Shown: piece by piece, positions 57,056 to 59,951 of the stretch | How positions within the stretch are numbered: the first letter of the stretch is position 1 | Layout: the number at the start of each line of letters is the position of its first letter | Virus record (IMG/VR): IMGVR_UViG_3300030104_001479 | Coordinates: 1 to 59,951 of that record | Length of the DNA stretch: 59,951 nt | DNA from: a virus | Taxonomy: Duplodnaviria > Caudoviricetes | Direction: 5' to 3' (one strand) | Made by a program: the position numbers and the translations under genes | Notes under the pieces: model-generated | Seen by the model: the letters and a program-made list of their open reading frames with translations, nothing else | Database searches by the model: none | Told to the model about the DNA's origin: nothing

Positions 57056-58209
57056 GTAGCTACGCGAGCGGTAAACACGCTTTTGGATTTTGTGATCGAA
57101 CTGGATTTCGATACAAGCTTAAAGATTTAGTTCCTCAGATAGAAGCTGGTAGACCTAACGGTATGCTGGTTGGAAAAGATGTAGTTGATGTAGATAACCC
57201 CCAATGGAAATTGGGCATGATCAATATGTCTGACCCTCAAGCTTTGAGAAACCCTAGACCTGATGGAGGTTTTGATCAAAGTAGAGAGCTTTCAGCTTTT
57301 GATCCAGTAGGTGGCGGCAATACCGCGATGGGTAGTCGCACTGTTGGTTTAGATATGTCGGGTCATGTAGGACGAGTCCAAGTAGAAATTACAGAGCCTG
57401 ATTCGACAGTAAGCGTGTCGGGTGTTGTAGGTACAACTAATTTAGGAAACGTAAGTGTTGAATTAGGAGCGGTTGATGTAAGTGTATCTGTAACTGGGGT
57501 AAGTGCTACTTCTGCTGTTGGCTCGGTTAGTGTGGTTTCTGAAACTTTTGCAATAACCGTTGCAAATCCGGGGGTTGGTAATAGGTATTATGTAGATGGC
57601 GCACAACAAGCTACTGTTACATTAAAGGCAGGGAATATTTACAGATTCGATCAATCTGATTCTTCTAATTTAAACCATCCTCTTCGTTTATCTACTACCT
57701 CTAATGGTACTCACTCTGGAGGGACTGAGTACACTACAGGTGTGGTAACAAACGGAGTGCCGGGTTCAGCAGGAGCTTACACAGAAATTACAGTAGCTTC
57801 TGATGCTCCTACCCTATATTACTACTGTCAAAATCATTCTAATATGGGTGGAACGGTAAACGTATACACTGGATTTGCCGTTACGGTCGCAACAGGAACA
57901 AACTCTTATGGAACAGGAAATAAATATTATATAGGTGGAGCAGTAAGTCCTACTGTTTCTCTAGTAGAGGGTTCTACTTATAGGTTTGACCAATCTGACA
58001 GCACTAACCTTAATCATCCTTTAAGATTTTCTACCACACCAAATGGAACGTGGGGAGGTGGTATCGAGTACACCACAGGTGTAACCACTACAGGTGTTCC
58101 CGGTAATGCTGGAGCTTATACTCAAATAACTGTAGCTATTGGAGCGCCTACTTTACATTACTATTGTACTAATCATAGCGGAATGGGAGGACAGGCTAAT
58201 ACGCCTTAA
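57052..58209 (+). CDS. Virion protein with two tandem cupredoxin-like domains
   Basis: CDRTGF N-terminal module; two copies of YRFDQSD..NHPL..YYCxNHSxMGG. Confidence 0.65.
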   Translation: MSSYASGKHAFGFCDRTGFRYKLKDLVPQIEAGRPNGMLVGKDVVDVDNPQWKLGMINMSDPQALRNPRPDGGFDQSRELSAFDPVGGGNTAMGSRTVGLDMSGHVGRVQVEITEPDSTVSVSGVVGTTNLGNVSVELGAVDVSVSVTGVSATSAVGSVSVVSETFAITVANPGVGNRYYVDGAQQATVTLKAGNIYRFDQSDSSNLNHPLRLSTTSNGTHSGGTEYTTGVVTNGVPGSAGAYTEITVASDAPTLYYYCQNHSNMGGTVNVYTGFAVTVATGTNSYGTGNKYYIGGAVSPTVSLVEGSTYRFDQSDSTNLNHPLRFSTTPNGTWGGGIEYTTGVTTTGVPGNAGAYTQITVAIGAPTLHYYCTNHSGMGGQANTP

Positions 58210-58214
58210 TAACT

Positions 58215-58421
58215 ATGGCAGTTAGAAAAAAAGCACCCGCAAAGAAAAAAACAAAGTCTCGTGTAAACGAGGCTGGTAATTACACCAAACCAACTATGCG
58301 TAAGAGTCTTTTCAATAGGATTAAGGCAGGATCAAAAGGCGGTAAGCCCGGACAGTGGTCTGCCAGAAAAGCGCAAATGTTGGCAAAACAGTACAAGGAT
58401 AAAGGAGGGGGCTATAAGTAA
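58215..58421 (+). CDS. Small basic protein (N-terminal half of DUF5872-like)
   Basis: YTKP..KGGKPGQWSARKAQ..GGGY. Confidence 0.65.
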   Translation: MAVRKKAPAKKKTKSRVNEAGNYTKPTMRKSLFNRIKAGSKGGKPGQWSARKAQMLAKQYKDKGGGYK

Positions 58422-58660
58422 TGGCTCTTAAAAAACCTCAAAAGTCTTTAAAGAAGTGGACTAGCCAGAAGTGGAGAACCAAGTCTGGTAAGCCAAGCGC
58501 AAAGACCGGAGAAAGATATTTGCCTTCTAGTGCTATTAAGTCTTTGTCTCCACAAGAGTATGCAGCAACAACAAGAAAGAAAAGAAAAGACAGTAAAGCT
58601 GGAAAGCAACATTCTAAGCAACCCAAACGAATTGCCCGAAAAACGGCTAGGCACAGATAA
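58421..58660 (+). CDS. Small basic protein (C-terminal half of DUF5872-like)
   Basis: QKSLKKWT.QKW.TKSG..ERYLP..GKQ. Confidence 0.65.
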   Translation: MALKKPQKSLKKWTSQKWRTKSGKPSAKTGERYLPSSAIKSLSPQEYAATTRKKRKDSKAGKQHSKQPKRIARKTARHR

Positions 58661-59301
58661 TGGCTTTTACTTTTACGACATTAAAGACAGCTATACAGGA
58701 TTACTTGGAAAGTAGTGAGACTACGTTCGTAGCTAATCTGCCTACGATTATTACTCAGGCAGAACAAAGAATTCTTAGAACCTGTCAGATACCTGATCTG
58801 CGTAAGAATGATACAGGAACATTGAGTCAGGGAAATGCGTACCTAACTATGCCTGATGGATTTTTAGCTTCTTACTCTTTAGCTATAGATAATTCGGGTT
58901 ATGAGTTTCTTATATTTAAAGACGTAAATTTTATGCGAGAGGCTTATCCTGTAGAGTCAACACAAGGTGTGCCTAAGTATTACAGCATCTTTGATGATAC
59001 TCGTTTTATTATTGGGCCAACCCCTGATGCTAATTACGCAGTTGAGCTTCATTATATGTACGAGCCTGAGTCAATTACCACGACAGCAAGTGGTGAGAGT
59101 TGGCTTGGCTCTAATGCGGAAAACGCTTTGCTTTATGCCTGTCTTGTTGAGGGTTATACATTCCTGAAAGGTGAGCCTGATCAAATGCAATGGTATAACG
59201 CCAAGTATGAAGACGCTGTTTCCAGACTCAAGTCTTTAGGCGAGGGTTATGACACCACAGATTCTTTTAGATCAGGTGCTATTAGGAGTGTGCGAATTTA
59301 A
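58660..59301 (+). CDS. Head-tail adaptor/connector protein
   Basis: LKTAIQDY..AEQRI..GVPKYY..GPTPD..LLYACLVE. Confidence 0.65.
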   Translation: MAFTFTTLKTAIQDYLESSETTFVANLPTIITQAEQRILRTCQIPDLRKNDTGTLSQGNAYLTMPDGFLASYSLAIDNSGYEFLIFKDVNFMREAYPVESTQGVPKYYSIFDDTRFIIGPTPDANYAVELHYMYEPESITTTASGESWLGSNAENALLYACLVEGYTFLKGEPDQMQWYNAKYEDAVSRLKSLGEGYDTTDSFRSGAIRSVRI

Positions 59302-59591
59302 TGTTTACTGTTGATATAAAGTCAGACATTGGTCAGGTTGGAGTAGAAACTACTCACAATCGTGGTTTTACCCCTGAAGAACTTTCGGTAGATTGTGCTA
59401 ACAAAATAATTTCAGTCTCTCAAAGTGCTGACCCTGTGTTAAGGCAACAAGCAGAAGCTTTTAAATCTCAAATTCAACAAATTGTTTTATATTACATGAA
59501 GCAATCTGCAAAAAGTGAGCGAACAACTATCTATAATCTTTTACTTAATGCCGGGGAAGCTTCTTTGGCAGAACACATTAGGAGGCTTTAA
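59301..59591 (+). CDS. Hypothetical protein
   Basis: RGFTPEE..QAEAFK..SERTT; TAATG-coupled. Confidence 0.6.
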   Translation: MFTVDIKSDIGQVGVETTHNRGFTPEELSVDCANKIISVSQSADPVLRQQAEAFKSQIQQIVLYYMKQSAKSERTTIYNLLLNAGEASLAEHIRRL

Positions 59592-59951
59592 ATGGCTTTT
59601 TCAGGTAACTATATGTGTACTAGTTTTAAGACTGAACTTATGACTGGGACACACAATTTTACAGCAAGTACAGGCAATACTTTTAAGTTAGCCTTGTATG
59701 ATAACAGTGCATCTTTTACCGCAGCTACTACTGCGTATACGACTTCTAATGAAATATCAGGAAGCGGATATTCAGCAGGCGGCGGGACTCTTACTAATGT
59801 AACGCCTACATCAAGTAGCACCACAGCTTTTACTGACTTTGATGATCTAACTTTCAGCACAGCTACCATAACAGCTAGAGGCGCACTCATTTATAATGAT
59901 ACTGCTGCTGGCGATCCTAGTGTTGTTGTATTAGATTTTGGTGGTGATAAG
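59592..59951 (+). CDS. 5' part of the ~144-aa virion protein that wraps to position 269
   Basis: GGAGG RBS; MAFSGNYMCTSFKTELM..FKLALY..GYSAGG; open to the window end. Confidence 0.8.
   Translation, partial: MAFSGNYMCTSFKTELMTGTHNFTASTGNTFKLALYDNSASFTAATTAYTTSNEISGSGYSAGGGTLTNVTPTSSSTTAFTDFDDLTFSTATITARGALIYNDTAAGDPSVVVLDFGGDK
59758..59951. repeat. Terminal overlap copy B (matches 1-194)
   Basis: Direct repeat of the window start, 189/194 identical. Confidence 0.95.

Noticed and set aside
59758-59951. Biological direct terminal repeat (T7-like)
   Set aside because: Falls mid-CDS and the copies differ by mostly synonymous SNPs; best explained as assembly circularisation

Overview
This window is an essentially complete ~59.76-kb dsDNA tailed-phage genome assembled as a circle: positions 1-194 reappear at 59758-59951 with 5 mismatches. 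The architecture is podovirus-like: P22-like portal, scaffold, capsid, tail tube/nozzle and ejection proteins, with no tape measure or sheath recognised. A marine proteobacterial host is inferred from gene style, sigma70 promoters and an IHF site. Layout: (i) a + strand late block runs from terS (43758) through terL, portal, GroES-like, scaffold, MCP, small basic proteins and adaptors, wraps across the contig ends, and continues through tail fibres, three paralogous beta-propeller receptor-binding proteins, a lysis cassette carrying a lipase and a thermonuclease, ejection proteins and a 2984-aa polyvalent protein (to 29235); (ii) a - strand recombination block (29232-34141: SprT-like, NinB-like, YbcO-like, SSB, Sak, PD-(D/E)XK) faces a divergent + strand block with RusA and primase-helicase (34183-37310); (iii) a - strand early block (37421-42873) includes a MoxR AAA+/helical protein/VWA-metallopeptidase trio. 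I recognised no DNA or RNA polymerase, integrase, tRNA or CRISPR array. Most interesting signals: a Phi-x-x-G-G motif that punctuates modules in many virion/basic proteins (possible proteolytic or capsid-targeting code); a ~560-nt highly structured non-coding leader ahead of the early genes; a YAACCA box just upstream of the RBS of 7 early genes; a dnaX-type A_AAA_AAG -1 frameshift candidate in a lysis lipoprotein; a chained double pseudoknot at the RBS downstream of the capsid gene; and a repeat-rich TerS-TerL intergenic region. All product calls come from motif recognition by eye; no searches were run.
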